Assembly: GCA_035655575.1 (NCBI GenBank)
Contig: DASRUF010000154.1
Span: 1-30,667 of the forward strand
Source of the DNA: Bacteroidota bacterium
GTDB taxonomy: Bacteria > Bacteroidota > Ignavibacteria > UBA10030 > SZUA-254
DNA length: 30,667 nt
Reading direction: 5' to 3'
This document shows, piece after piece, positions 22,456 through 30,357 of the stretch. The first letter of the stretch is position 1. Every line of letters starts with the position of its first letter. Position numbers and translations under genes: made by a program. Under the pieces are notes generated by a model, which ran no database searches, had not been told where the DNA came from, and saw only the letters and a list, made by a program, of their open reading frames with translations.

Positions 22456-22824
22456 ATGATTCACAAAAAGAGAAACGAACACCGCATCAGATTAAAAACA
22501 CGAATTGCTCGAAAAATCAGATTGATATCAAGGCATCCGAGGTTAACTGTTTTTCGGAGTTCACGACACATCTATGCTCAGATTATTGATGATACGCAAT
22601 CAAAAACAATCGCGATGGCTTCAACGTTATCCAAAGATTTGAAAGATGAATTGAAAAATATAAAAGATAGAAAAGAAAAAGCGAAGCGTGTCGGAATTTC
22701 CATTGCCAACAAAGCTCTAAGTAAAAACGTTAAAACGGTTGTCTTTGACCGTAGTGGTTATTTGTATCATGGTGTTGTGAAATCCCTGGCAGATGGTGCT
22801 CGTGAAGGTGGATTGGAGTTTTAG
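22456..22824 (+). CDS. rplR: 50S ribosomal protein L18
   Basis: PRLTVFRSSRHIYAQIIDD, VVFDRSGYLYHG and AREGGLEF. Start moved to ATG 22456. 122 aa. Confidence 0.98.
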   Translation: MIHKKRNEHRIRLKTRIARKIRLISRHPRLTVFRSSRHIYAQIIDDTQSKTIAMASTLSKDLKDELKNIKDRKEKAKRVGISIANKALSKNVKTVVFDRSGYLYHGVVKSLADGAREGGLEF

Positions 22825-22853
22825 CGGAAATGGCGACCTTGGGTATATACGAT

Positions 22854-22924
22854 TGCCGGGTCGTCTAATGGCAGGACAGCGGCCTTTGGAGCCGTCAGTG
22901 GAGGTTCGAATCCTCCCCCGGCAG
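22854..22924 (+). tRNA. tRNA-Gln (anticodon UUG), no encoded CCA
   Basis: Complete cloverleaf read by hand. Acceptor TGCCGGG/CCCGGCA (U1-A72); D arm GTCT-AATGGCA-GGAC; anticodon arm GCGGC-CT[TTG]GA-GCCGT (anticodon 22886-22888); variable loop CAGT; T arm GGAGG-TTCGAAT-CCTCC; discriminator G22924. Confidence 0.96.
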
Positions 22925-22958
22925 CGAGAGTAAAATAAATTTAAGGAGTTATTGAATT

Positions 22959-23483
22959 TTGTCTAGAATTAAAGCTGGTGAATTAGATCTTAAAGATCGT
23001 TTAGTTCATATCAACCGAGTAGCTAAAGTTGTGAAAGGTGGCCGACGATTTAGTTTCAGTGCCATAATCGTAGTCGGTGATGGCAATGGTCATGTCGGTG
23101 TTGGGCTTGGAAAAGCAAACGAGGTCCAAGACGCAATCTCAAAAGGTATTGATGATGCTAAGAAAAATGTCGTCGAAGTAGCGGTAACAAACGGCACGAT
23201 CCCGCATACAATATTTTCAAAGTACGGTGCATCGAAAGTTCTTCTCAAGCCGGCATCACCCGGTACAGGGTTGATCGCAGGAGGTGGAGTGCGAGCAGTG
23301 CTGGAATCTGCAGGTGTCAAAGATGTTTTAACGAAATCTATTGGTTCTTCTAATCCGCATAACGTAGTGAAAGCAACTCTCGCTGGACTTCTTAGCCTAT
23401 CGGATGCACAAAGGATAGCCCGGCGTCGAGGAATGTCTGTGGAAAATCTTTTTAGTCCTGAAAAAGTGCAATCTATTACTTGA
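22959..23483 (+). CDS. rpsE: 30S ribosomal protein S5 (TTG start)
   Basis: [34 protein letters not shown] and [20 protein letters not shown] at 22943-22948. Confidence 0.99.
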   Translation: MSRIKAGELDLKDRLVHINRVAKVVKGGRRFSFSAIIVVGDGNGHVGVGLGKANEVQDAISKGIDDAKKNVVEVAVTNGTIPHTIFSKYGASKVLLKPASPGTGLIAGGGVRAVLESAGVKDVLTKSIGSSNPHNVVKATLAGLLSLSDAQRIARRRGMSVENLFSPEKVQSIT

Positions 23484-23489
23484 TGAATA

Positions 23490-23678
23490 ATGGTAAAAAA
23501 AATTAAAATAACACAAAAATATAGCCAAATCGATTGTCTTGAATCGCACAAACGGACAATCAAGGCATTAGGTTTGGGTAGACCTAATTATTCGGTGATC
23601 AAATCTGATACTCCACAAATACGAGGGATGATTAATGTTGTAAAGTACCTGATAAACGTAGAAGAAGTGAAAGATTAA
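23490..23678 (+). CDS. rpmD: 50S ribosomal protein L30
   Basis: KIKITQKYSQI...TIKALGL...TPQIRGMINVV, between rpsE and rplO. Confidence 0.96.
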   Translation: MVKKIKITQKYSQIDCLESHKRTIKALGLGRPNYSVIKSDTPQIRGMINVVKYLINVEEVKD

Positions 23679-23680
23679 AT

Positions 23681-24160
23681 ATGGCAACTCCAGTTTTAAG
23701 CAACCTTAAATATGCAAAAGGGGCTCGTCGGCGTGTAAAGCGAATTGGACGTGGTCAAGGTTCTGGCCACGGAGGTACTGCAACTCGCGGTCATAAAGGA
23801 GAAGGCGCTCGCTCAGGTACTCATTATCGCCCGTGGTTTGAGGGTGGTCAAATGCCTTTAATACGTCGCGTCCCTAAGTTTGGATTCCATAGTCCGTTTA
23901 AAAAAGAATTTCAAATTGTCAATATCGGAACACTTCAGCAACTTGCAACTAAGGAAAAACTTCCAAAAAATGTAGTATCTCCAGAGGTGTTATACAAAGA
24001 GGGAGTAATTTCAAAGAAATTTATCCCAGTAAAAATATTAGGTGAAGGAGAACTTGTTGCCAAGCTTGATGTAACGGCTCATGCATTCAGTAAAACAGCA
24101 GCTCAAAAAATAGAAGGAGCGGGTGGAAAAGCGATTGCAATCTCCGCGGTAAAAAAGTAA
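23681..24160 (+). CDS. rplO: 50S ribosomal protein L15
   Basis: RIGRGQGSGHGGTATRGHKG, FEGGQMPLIRRVPKFGF and KIEGAGG. Confidence 0.99.
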   Translation: MATPVLSNLKYAKGARRRVKRIGRGQGSGHGGTATRGHKGEGARSGTHYRPWFEGGQMPLIRRVPKFGFHSPFKKEFQIVNIGTLQQLATKEKLPKNVVSPEVLYKEGVISKKFIPVKILGEGELVAKLDVTAHAFSKTAAQKIEGAGGKAIAISAVKK

Positions 24161-24163
24161 CAA

Positions 24164-25501
24164 GTGGCAAAGCTTACTGAAAGTTTTCGAAATATTTTTA
24201 AGATCCAGGAGCTCAAGCAGCGGATAATTTTCACGGCGTTGCTGCTCGTTGTTGTTCGTTTCGGATCGCATGTGACCCTTCCGGGCATTGACGCACAGGT
24301 GCTAGGGGAGGTGATGCGGAATCAGGCAGCGAATACTATTTTCGGTTTGTACGATCTCTTCGTCGGTGGAGCATTTAGCAATGCAGCAATATTTGCTCTT
24401 GGCATTATGCCCTATATTAGTGCCTCCATCATTATTCAATTGTTGGGTGCCGTTATTCCTTATTTCCAAAGACTCTCAAAAGAGGGTGAGGAGGGAAGGA
24501 AAAAAATTACACAGTTAACCCGGTACGGCACGGTTGTTATTTCAATGTTACAAGCTTGGGGTGTAAGTGTACAGCTATCCAGTATGTCAGCAGCTGGTAC
24601 GCCGATTATTCCTCCACAAGTTCAGGGATTCGGTTTTCACGTATCCACGATGATTGTTCTTACTGCTGGAACTATTTTTATGATGTGGTTAGGTGAGCAG
24701 ATCACGGAACGAGGCATAGGTAACGGTATATCATTGATCATTTTCATCGGTATTGTTGCTCGATTTCCTCATGCCCTGTTGGATGAGTATCAACTTGTTA
24801 GCGCAGGTGCAAAAGGATTGATTGTGGAATTAGTGATTGTTGGTCTCATGGTTATGATTGTAGCAGGAATTGTCATGGTTACACAGGCAACACGTCGTAT
24901 CCCGGTACAGTATGCAAAACGTGTAGTCGGTAGAAAAATTTATGGTGGGGTCACTCAATATATTCCTATTCGTGTAAATACAGCAGGTGTTATGCCAATT
25001 ATTTTTGCACAGGCGATCATGTTCATACCGAATACCATTTTGACGTTTTTTCCTGATAGTGAATTTCTTCAGAGCATTGCACAGTATTTAGATTACACAT
25101 CAATCACGTATTCTATTGTTTATGGATTGATGATTGTCTTCTTCACGTATTTCTATACCGCTGTTGCGTTTAACCCTAAAGATGTTGCTGAAAATATGCA
25201 AAAGCAGGGTGGTTTTATCCCCGGTATACGCCCGGGGAAAAACACATCTGATTTCATTGATAATATTTTAACAAAGATTACATTACCAGGTTCGGTTTTC
25301 TTAGCCATTATTGCTATTCTCCCTGCAATTATGGTGCGCATGGGTGTGACACCAAACTTTGCAAGTTTTTTTGGTGGAACAAGTTTGCTCATTATCGTTG
25401 GTGTTGGCTTAGACACATTGCAACAAATTGAATCCCACCTTCTCATGCGGCATTATGATGGATTCATGAAAACCGGAAAATTAAAAGGTCGACGGATGTG
25501 A
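24164..25501 (+). CDS. secY: Protein translocase subunit SecY (GTG start)
   Basis: 445-aa polytopic membrane protein with IFALGIMPYISASII, WLGEQITERGIGNGISLIIF, IPGIRPG and GGTSLLIIVGV. Confidence 0.99.
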   Translation: MAKLTESFRNIFKIQELKQRIIFTALLLVVVRFGSHVTLPGIDAQVLGEVMRNQAANTIFGLYDLFVGGAFSNAAIFALGIMPYISASIIIQLLGAVIPYFQRLSKEGEEGRKKITQLTRYGTVVISMLQAWGVSVQLSSMSAAGTPIIPPQVQGFGFHVSTMIVLTAGTIFMMWLGEQITERGIGNGISLIIFIGIVARFPHALLDEYQLVSAGAKGLIVELVIVGLMVMIVAGIVMVTQATRRIPVQYAKRVVGRKIYGGVTQYIPIRVNTAGVMPIIFAQAIMFIPNTILTFFPDSEFLQSIAQYLDYTSITYSIVYGLMIVFFTYFYTAVAFNPKDVAENMQKQGGFIPGIRPGKNTSDFIDNILTKITLPGSVFLAIIAILPAIMVRMGVTPNFASFFGGTSLLIIVGVGLDTLQQIESHLLMRHYDGFMKTGKLKGRRM

Positions 25502-25507
25502 TCGGGA

Positions 25508-26311
25508 TTGAAGAAGATCATGCGGCTAAAGAAATCAACCCAATCAATAGGAAATACGCTGATCAAATCTCCCGAAGAAATTTCTTTTATGCGGGAAAGT
25601 TGTAAAATCGTAGCTGAGGTACTTCGACTTCTAAAAACTATCATAAAGCCGGGAATAATGACGAACGAGTTGGATCAAATTGCTGAAGAGTTTATCCGAT
25701 CACAGAATGCGGAGCCAGCATTTAAAGGATACAAGGCTGAGAACCAAAATCCCTATCCCGCAAGCATCTGTACTTCGATAGACGATCAGATTGTCCATGG
25801 TATTCCGAGTAATCGAAAATTGCGCGAAGGTGAAATTATTGCGATCGATGTGGGCGTAAAGAAAAATCAATTGTACGGAGATGGTGCGTGGACATTCCCA
25901 GTCGGTCTAATTTCTGAGGGTAAACGACGGTTGATGAGAACGGCTGAAGAGTCGTTATTCAAAGGAATTGAATGTGCTCGTGCAGGTAAGCATGTCCATG
26001 ATATTTCAGCCGCGATTCAGACGTATGTCGAAAATGATGGGTACTCAGTGGTTCGGGAATTGGTGGGCCATGGGGTTGGACGTGCTCTTCACGAAGAACC
26101 CGCGGTACCCAATTTCGGTACTCCAGGAACTGGACCCTCACTACGAGCTGGAATGACGATTGCCATCGAACCAATGGTGAATGCAGGAGCCCATCAGGTT
26201 GTTGTAGATTCTGATGGGTGGACGATCAGGACTGCTGATGGCTCCACTTCCGCACATTTTGAACACACGGTGTTAATTACCGAACACGGACCCGAGATAC
26301 TCACAACCTAA
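25508..26311 (+). CDS. map: Methionine aminopeptidase type I
   Basis: IVHGIP, IDVG, DGAWT, GHGVG, HEEP, IAIEPM and SAHFEHTV metal-ligand motifs. The start is uncertain (TTG 25508 or ATG 25520). Confidence 0.96.
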   Translation: MKKIMRLKKSTQSIGNTLIKSPEEISFMRESCKIVAEVLRLLKTIIKPGIMTNELDQIAEEFIRSQNAEPAFKGYKAENQNPYPASICTSIDDQIVHGIPSNRKLREGEIIAIDVGVKKNQLYGDGAWTFPVGLISEGKRRLMRTAEESLFKGIECARAGKHVHDISAAIQTYVENDGYSVVRELVGHGVGRALHEEPAVPNFGTPGTGPSLRAGMTIAIEPMVNAGAHQVVVDSDGWTIRTADGSTSAHFEHTVLITEHGPEILTT

Positions 26312-26319
26312 TCGACTTG

Positions 26320-26538
26320 ATGGCAAAGCAAGGACCCATAACAATGGATGGTGTAATTATTGACACACTTCCGAATGCGATGTTTCGAGTTAAATTGGAT
26401 AATGAACATGAAGTCTTAGCGGTAATTTCAGGGAAAATGCGGATGCATTACATTAAAATTTTAGTAGGTGATAAGGTCACGGTAGAGATGTCTCCTTACG
26501 ATTTAACAAAAGGTAGAATCACTTACCGTTATAAATGA
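26320..26538 (+). CDS. infA: Translation initiation factor IF-1
   Basis: 72 aa with [26 protein letters not shown] and [13 protein letters not shown]. Confidence 0.99.
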   Translation: MAKQGPITMDGVIIDTLPNAMFRVKLDNEHEVLAVISGKMRMHYIKILVGDKVTVEMSPYDLTKGRITYRYK

Positions 26539-26548
26539 GGAAAGTAGC

Positions 26549-26662
26549 ATGAAAGTTCGGTCGTCAGTTAAAAAGTTGTGTGAAAATTGTAAAATTATCA
26601 AGCGTAAGGGAATCGTTCGAGTTATTTGTAAAAACCCCAAGCACAAACAACGCCAGGGATAA
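26549..26662 (+). CDS. rpmJ: 50S ribosomal protein L36 (absent from the ORF track)
   Basis: Hand translation: [37 protein letters not shown] (37 aa, CxxC...C...H). SD GAGG at 26537-26540. Confidence 0.99.
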   Translation: MKVRSSVKKLCENCKIIKRKGIVRVICKNPKHKQRQG

Positions 26663-26704
26663 TACAAATTATATTGAGTTGAACTATCATAAAGGATCAT
26701 AGAG

Positions 26705-27088
26705 ATGGCGAGAATAGCTGGTGTCGACTTACCAAAAAATAAACGGGCAGAAGTAGGCTTGACGTACATATTTGGTATTGGTCGGAGTAGTGCACAAAAA
26801 ATTTTAACTCAGGCAGGTGTTGATAGAAATAAACGTGTAAGTGAATTAAGCGATGAGGAAGTGGCTAAAATTCGTTCCATTATCACGGCTGATTTTAAAG
26901 TGGAAGGCGCGTTGCGAAGTGAAGTACAAATAAATATTAAACGCCTCATGGATATTAATTCTTATCGAGGCTTGCGTCATCGTAAAGGGCTACCAGTCAG
27001 AGGTCAGCGAACAAGAACAAATGCACGTACTCGGAAAGGAAAGCGAAAGACCGTTGCCGGTAAGAAGAAGGCGATTGCGAAGAAGTAA
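26705..27088 (+). CDS. rpsM: 30S ribosomal protein S13
   Basis: [18 protein letters not shown] and [23 protein letters not shown]. Confidence 0.99.
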   Translation: MARIAGVDLPKNKRAEVGLTYIFGIGRSSAQKILTQAGVDRNKRVSELSDEEVAKIRSIITADFKVEGALRSEVQINIKRLMDINSYRGLRHRKGLPVRGQRTRTNARTRKGKRKTVAGKKKAIAKK

Positions 27089-27120
27089 TGAAATGAATAA
27101 GTGAAAGGACGTTTTAAAAA

Positions 27121-27522
27121 ATGACTACACCAACACCCAAACCTGCAGGGATTAAAAAGAAAAAGAAAATCCAAGTCGATGTCACGGGAAAGGTTTATAT
27201 AAAAGCAACATTCAACAATGTTATCGTTTCCATAGCGGACGTTTATGGAAATGTTATCAGTTGGTCATCGGCAGGGCGAAATGCTTTTAAAGGGTCAAGA
27301 AAAAATACTCCTTTTGCAGCTCAGGTAACTGCTGAAGCGGCTGCAAAGGAAGCATACGACTTAGGAATGCGAAAAGTGGATGTTTACGTGAAAGGACCAG
27401 GATCTGGACGTGAAGCTGGTGTACGATCCTTGCAAGCAGCGGGGTTAGAGATTCTCAGTATCAGAGATGTTACACCGATTCCCCACAACGGATGTCGCCC
27501 GCCAAAACGCCGTCGTGTATAA
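27121..27522 (+). CDS. rpsK: 30S ribosomal protein S11
   Basis: [28 protein letters not shown] and [16 protein letters not shown]. Confidence 0.99.
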   Translation: MTTPTPKPAGIKKKKKIQVDVTGKVYIKATFNNVIVSIADVYGNVISWSSAGRNAFKGSRKNTPFAAQVTAEAAAKEAYDLGMRKVDVYVKGPGSGREAGVRSLQAAGLEILSIRDVTPIPHNGCRPPKRRRV

Positions 27523-27559
27523 CAAGATGAAATTATTGTCATCATAAGAAAAGGGTACT

Positions 27560-28189
27560 ATGGGTAGATACATTGAAGCAAGTTGTCGATTGTGTCGAAG
27601 GGAACGACAGAAATTATTTCTTAAAGGAACCAAATGTTTCACTGAGAAGTGTCCCGTTGAACGTCGAGCTTATCCACCGGGACAACATGGACAGTCACGG
27701 CGACAAAAAATTTCTGAATACGGAGTCCAGTTACGTGAGAAACAAAAGGTACGAAGGATGTACGGATTAATGGAAGAGCAGTTTAAGAATTATTTTGAAA
27801 AAGCTCTCCATCAATCAGGACGAACAAGTGAGAATTTAGTAAAAATACTCGAAAGACGCCTCGATAATGTTGTGTATAGATTGGGGTTCGCACCTTCTCG
27901 GAAAGCGGCTCGTCAGCTCATAAGTCATGGTCACATTTTAGTTAATAAAGATACAGTGAATGTTTCATCGTATCTCTTAAAAAGCGGTGATGTTGTACAG
28001 ATTCGAGAAAAGAGCAAAAAACTCGAAGTCATTCATGCATCGATGAAGCGAATGAAAGACAGCGCTATGTTGTCTTGGCTCAGTCTTGATAAGGCGACCA
28101 TGGCGGGAACGTTTTTGAATGTACCAGAGCGGGCAGACGTTCCACTTAATGCAAACGAACAGCTTATTGTAGAGCTTTATTCTAAATAA
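27560..28189 (+). CDS. rpsD: 30S ribosomal protein S4 (Cys-containing N-terminus)
   Basis: CRLCRRE...KCFTEKC, QLREKQK, LERRLDNVVYRLGF and EQLIVELYSK. Confidence 0.99.
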   Translation: MGRYIEASCRLCRRERQKLFLKGTKCFTEKCPVERRAYPPGQHGQSRRQKISEYGVQLREKQKVRRMYGLMEEQFKNYFEKALHQSGRTSENLVKILERRLDNVVYRLGFAPSRKAARQLISHGHILVNKDTVNVSSYLLKSGDVVQIREKSKKLEVIHASMKRMKDSAMLSWLSLDKATMAGTFLNVPERADVPLNANEQLIVELYSK

Positions 28190-28248
28190 ACCCTGTTCAA
28201 TCAAATTTCATAACTTATGTATAATTTGAAACGCGGGAGAATGAGATT

Positions 28249-29238
28249 ATGGTAACAACTAATTATCAGATGCCAGAGAAAGTTCTGTTAGACGAAGGAA
28301 ATTATTCAAATACTTTCGGACGGTTCATATTACAACCTTTAGAAAAGGGTTTTGGTGTTACCCTCGGTAACGCTTTTCGGAGGGTTCTCCTTTCATCCTT
28401 GAACGGCACTGCATTCACTGCAGTCCGAATTGAAGGTATGCTTCATGAATTTTCAACGATACAAGGTGCCGTTGAAGACGTTGCTGAGATCATTCTTAAT
28501 CTGAAGTCGGTCAGGATGAAGCTATTGAATAAGAAAATTACTAAAATCACGGTAGACCTGAAAGGACCGAAAGATGTTACAGCGGCTGATATCCAAAAGG
28601 CAAACCCTGACATAGAAATTCTTAATCCTCAACAGCATATTGCGACATTGAATGCTGAGACAGGATTCGAGATGGAACTTCGGGTAGGTCGAGGAAAAGG
28701 ATATGTCTCGGCGGAGGAGAACAGAGAGATCGATCAATCACCCGGGTTAATATCGATGGATTCGATTTTTACTCCAATTAAAAATGTGCGATACTTTGTA
28801 GAATCAACGCGTGTAGGACAGCAAACGGACTTTGAAAAATTGATCATAGAGCTTGAGACAGATGGCTCGATTGCACCCGACGACGCTCTTGCTCAGGCTG
28901 CTGCTATTCTGCGAGATCATATAAACCTTTTCGTCAGCCTCAACATCGAAGCGGAAGCTGCTGAAGAGAAAATGGAAAAAGATTCTGAATACGCGCGGAT
29001 TAGAAAGATTCTGCAAATGAACGTGGACGAGCTGGAATTGTCTGTGCGCTCTCATAATTGTCTCCGTGCTGCAAGTATTAAAACTATTGCTGACTTGGTG
29101 CGTCGACCGGAGCCGGAATTACTGAAGTTCAGAAATTTTGGTCGAAAATCACTGGCGGAGCTTTCAGAAATCATCGATGGATTTGGTTTAAATTTTGGAA
29201 TGGACGTCGATAAGTATCTCCATGACGGAAACGATTAG
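28249..29238 (+). CDS. rpoA: DNA-directed RNA polymerase subunit alpha
   Basis: PLEKGFGVTLGNAFRRVLLSS, RVGQQTDFEKL and LELSVRSHNCL...RNFGRKSL. Confidence 0.99.
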   Translation: MVTTNYQMPEKVLLDEGNYSNTFGRFILQPLEKGFGVTLGNAFRRVLLSSLNGTAFTAVRIEGMLHEFSTIQGAVEDVAEIILNLKSVRMKLLNKKITKITVDLKGPKDVTAADIQKANPDIEILNPQQHIATLNAETGFEMELRVGRGKGYVSAEENREIDQSPGLISMDSIFTPIKNVRYFVESTRVGQQTDFEKLIIELETDGSIAPDDALAQAAAILRDHINLFVSLNIEAEAAEEKMEKDSEYARIRKILQMNVDELELSVRSHNCLRAASIKTIADLVRRPEPELLKFRNFGRKSLAELSEIIDGFGLNFGMDVDKYLHDGND

Positions 29239-29257
29239 TTTTTCAAGGGGTTGAACA

Positions 29258-29770
29258 ATGAGACATAGAAAATCTGGACGAAAACTCAAGAGAACGGCAA
29301 GCCATCGGAAGGCACTTCTCATCGCTCTTTCGACAGCATTACTGCGCCATAAAAAAATACGAACAACTGTTGCCAAGGCGAAGGAAACGAGAATGTTCGT
29401 GGAAAAACTTATTACGCGTGCGAAGAATGCCGTGGCTGTGGAAGGCGAGAAAAAGGATGTTCATGCACGCCGGCAAATTTCAAAATATATCAAAGACCGT
29501 GAAGTGGTGAAGGAATTATTCAGCGAAATAGCACCCAAAGTTTCAACTCGCGCCGGGGGTTATACACGTATCGTAAAGTTAGGTCAACGACATGGTGATG
29601 GGGCGGAAGTTGCCGTTCTTGAGCTTGTAGATTATAACACAGGCAAGGAACCGGTTAAAACTACTGCGAAAGACCAGAAGACTAAGAAAGAACGCGCAAA
29701 GAAAAAAGCCGATGACTCGGCTCGTCGAGAAGAAGTGAAAGAGCAAAAAAAGACGGCAGAGGCTTCATAA
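29258..29770 (+). CDS. rplQ: 50S ribosomal protein L17, with a charged C-terminal tail
   Basis: [20 protein letters not shown] and [12 protein letters not shown]. Confidence 0.99.
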   Translation: MRHRKSGRKLKRTASHRKALLIALSTALLRHKKIRTTVAKAKETRMFVEKLITRAKNAVAVEGEKKDVHARRQISKYIKDREVVKELFSEIAPKVSTRAGGYTRIVKLGQRHGDGAEVAVLELVDYNTGKEPVKTTAKDQKTKKERAKKKADDSARREEVKEQKKTAEAS

Positions 29771-29791
29771 ATATTCAAAAATAAGATTTTC

Positions 29792-29825
29792 AAAAGGGGT
29801 TCCAGTGTTGAGGGAACCCTTTTTT
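29792..29825 (+). terminator. Intrinsic (Rho-independent) terminator of the superoperon, potentially bidirectional
   Basis: AAAAGGGGTTCC(29792-29803) pairs with GGAACCCTTTTT(29813-29824) around a 9-nt loop; T-run on the + strand and A-run upstream; 21 nt after the rplQ stop. Confidence 0.88.
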
Positions 29826-29874
29826 ATTCCGTTCGGGTTTAATACCCCGAAGCTTGCTTCGTTCTTTTTGGCCT

Positions 29875-29975
29875 CGTCATGCTGTCCCGATTTCATCGGG
29901 ATGTTCAGCATCCAAGCGTTGCCAATCCGAGTTGTCCTGCGTTCAGATTCCGAACAGAAACATTTCGGAATGATG
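29875..29975. repeat. Inverted pair of REP-like palindromes (CGTC-tagged type), left unit carrying a nested hairpin
   Basis: CGTC+ATGCTG(29879-84).../CAGCAT(29906-11) with inner TCCCGAT/ATCGGGA; ATTCCGAA(29947-54)/TTCGGAAT(29964-71)+GATG. Outer ends CGTCAT/ATGATG are complementary with one G-T pair. Family assignment is from recalled resemblance; copy number cannot be seen here. Confidence 0.55.
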
Positions 29976-30169
29976 GCTGAGTTGGGTTTTCGGACACTCT
30001 CTTATCTTGCCGCTTGCCTGAATCTGGTGTTTAGAGGGATATCTCAGTTTTAGGTGTTGGTATTTTCGTCCCCTTTTGATACCCTCCGTAACTAATTAGA
30101 CCTCAATGTCCGCTTTCATAGCCCTCCCACCGATTTACCCATTAATTTTAACTATTGTAAACTTTTTCG

Positions 30170-30198
30170 TTGCTTTTCTCCTTCAAGAAAATTACATT
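30170..30198 (+). promoter_or_regulatory. sigma70-type promoter for the terminal ORF
   Basis: TTGCTT(30170-30175)-17 bp-TACATT(30193-30198); same geometry as the rpsL promoter. Confidence 0.55.
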
Positions 30199-30357
30199 TA
30201 TACAGTACATCATTATCAAGTGGGAGTAATAACCCACTGACCGAGTTGTAAGGACTGTTGAAATATTTTTGTTCGTGATGTAGTCCTTCTCACCATCAGA
30301 GCTTCGTTCTTTCCTAGTCTAGAATTCCAAGACTTTTAAAAATTTTTAGGAGGATTT

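Noticed and set aside
22825-22853. TATATA (22844-22849) as a dedicated tRNA-Gln promoter
   Set aside because: It would place the start site inside the mature tRNA, and there is no matching -35.
22925-22958. Integration scar (att site) at the tRNA 3' end
   Set aside because: No duplicated tRNA 3' segment, integrase or foreign DNA is visible; rpsE follows after 34 nt.
575-29376. Numerous antisense and alternate-frame ORFs in the track (e.g. 575-913, 4017-4430, 13425-13841, 23090-23563)
   Set aside because: They lie wholly or mostly over highly conserved genes, have no recognisable motifs, and are the expected shadow ORFs of biased codon usage.
29805-30053. 82-aa ORF after rplQ
   Set aside because: It starts inside the terminator loop, lacks an SD and is made of palindromic repeat sequence; it is most likely spurious.
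29826-30120. CRISPR array or intact IS element in the repeat-rich spacer
   Set aside because: There are no regularly spaced direct repeats, no cas or transposase ORF, and no terminal inverted repeats with a target duplication.
30212-30265. Hammerhead-like arrangement (hairpin, CTGA, short stem, GAAA) and SAM-I-like TTATCAAG start
   Set aside because: The core is CTGACCGA rather than CUGANGA, there is no NUH cleavage triplet, and GAAA is not adjacent to the stem. The rest of the SAM-I consensus is absent.
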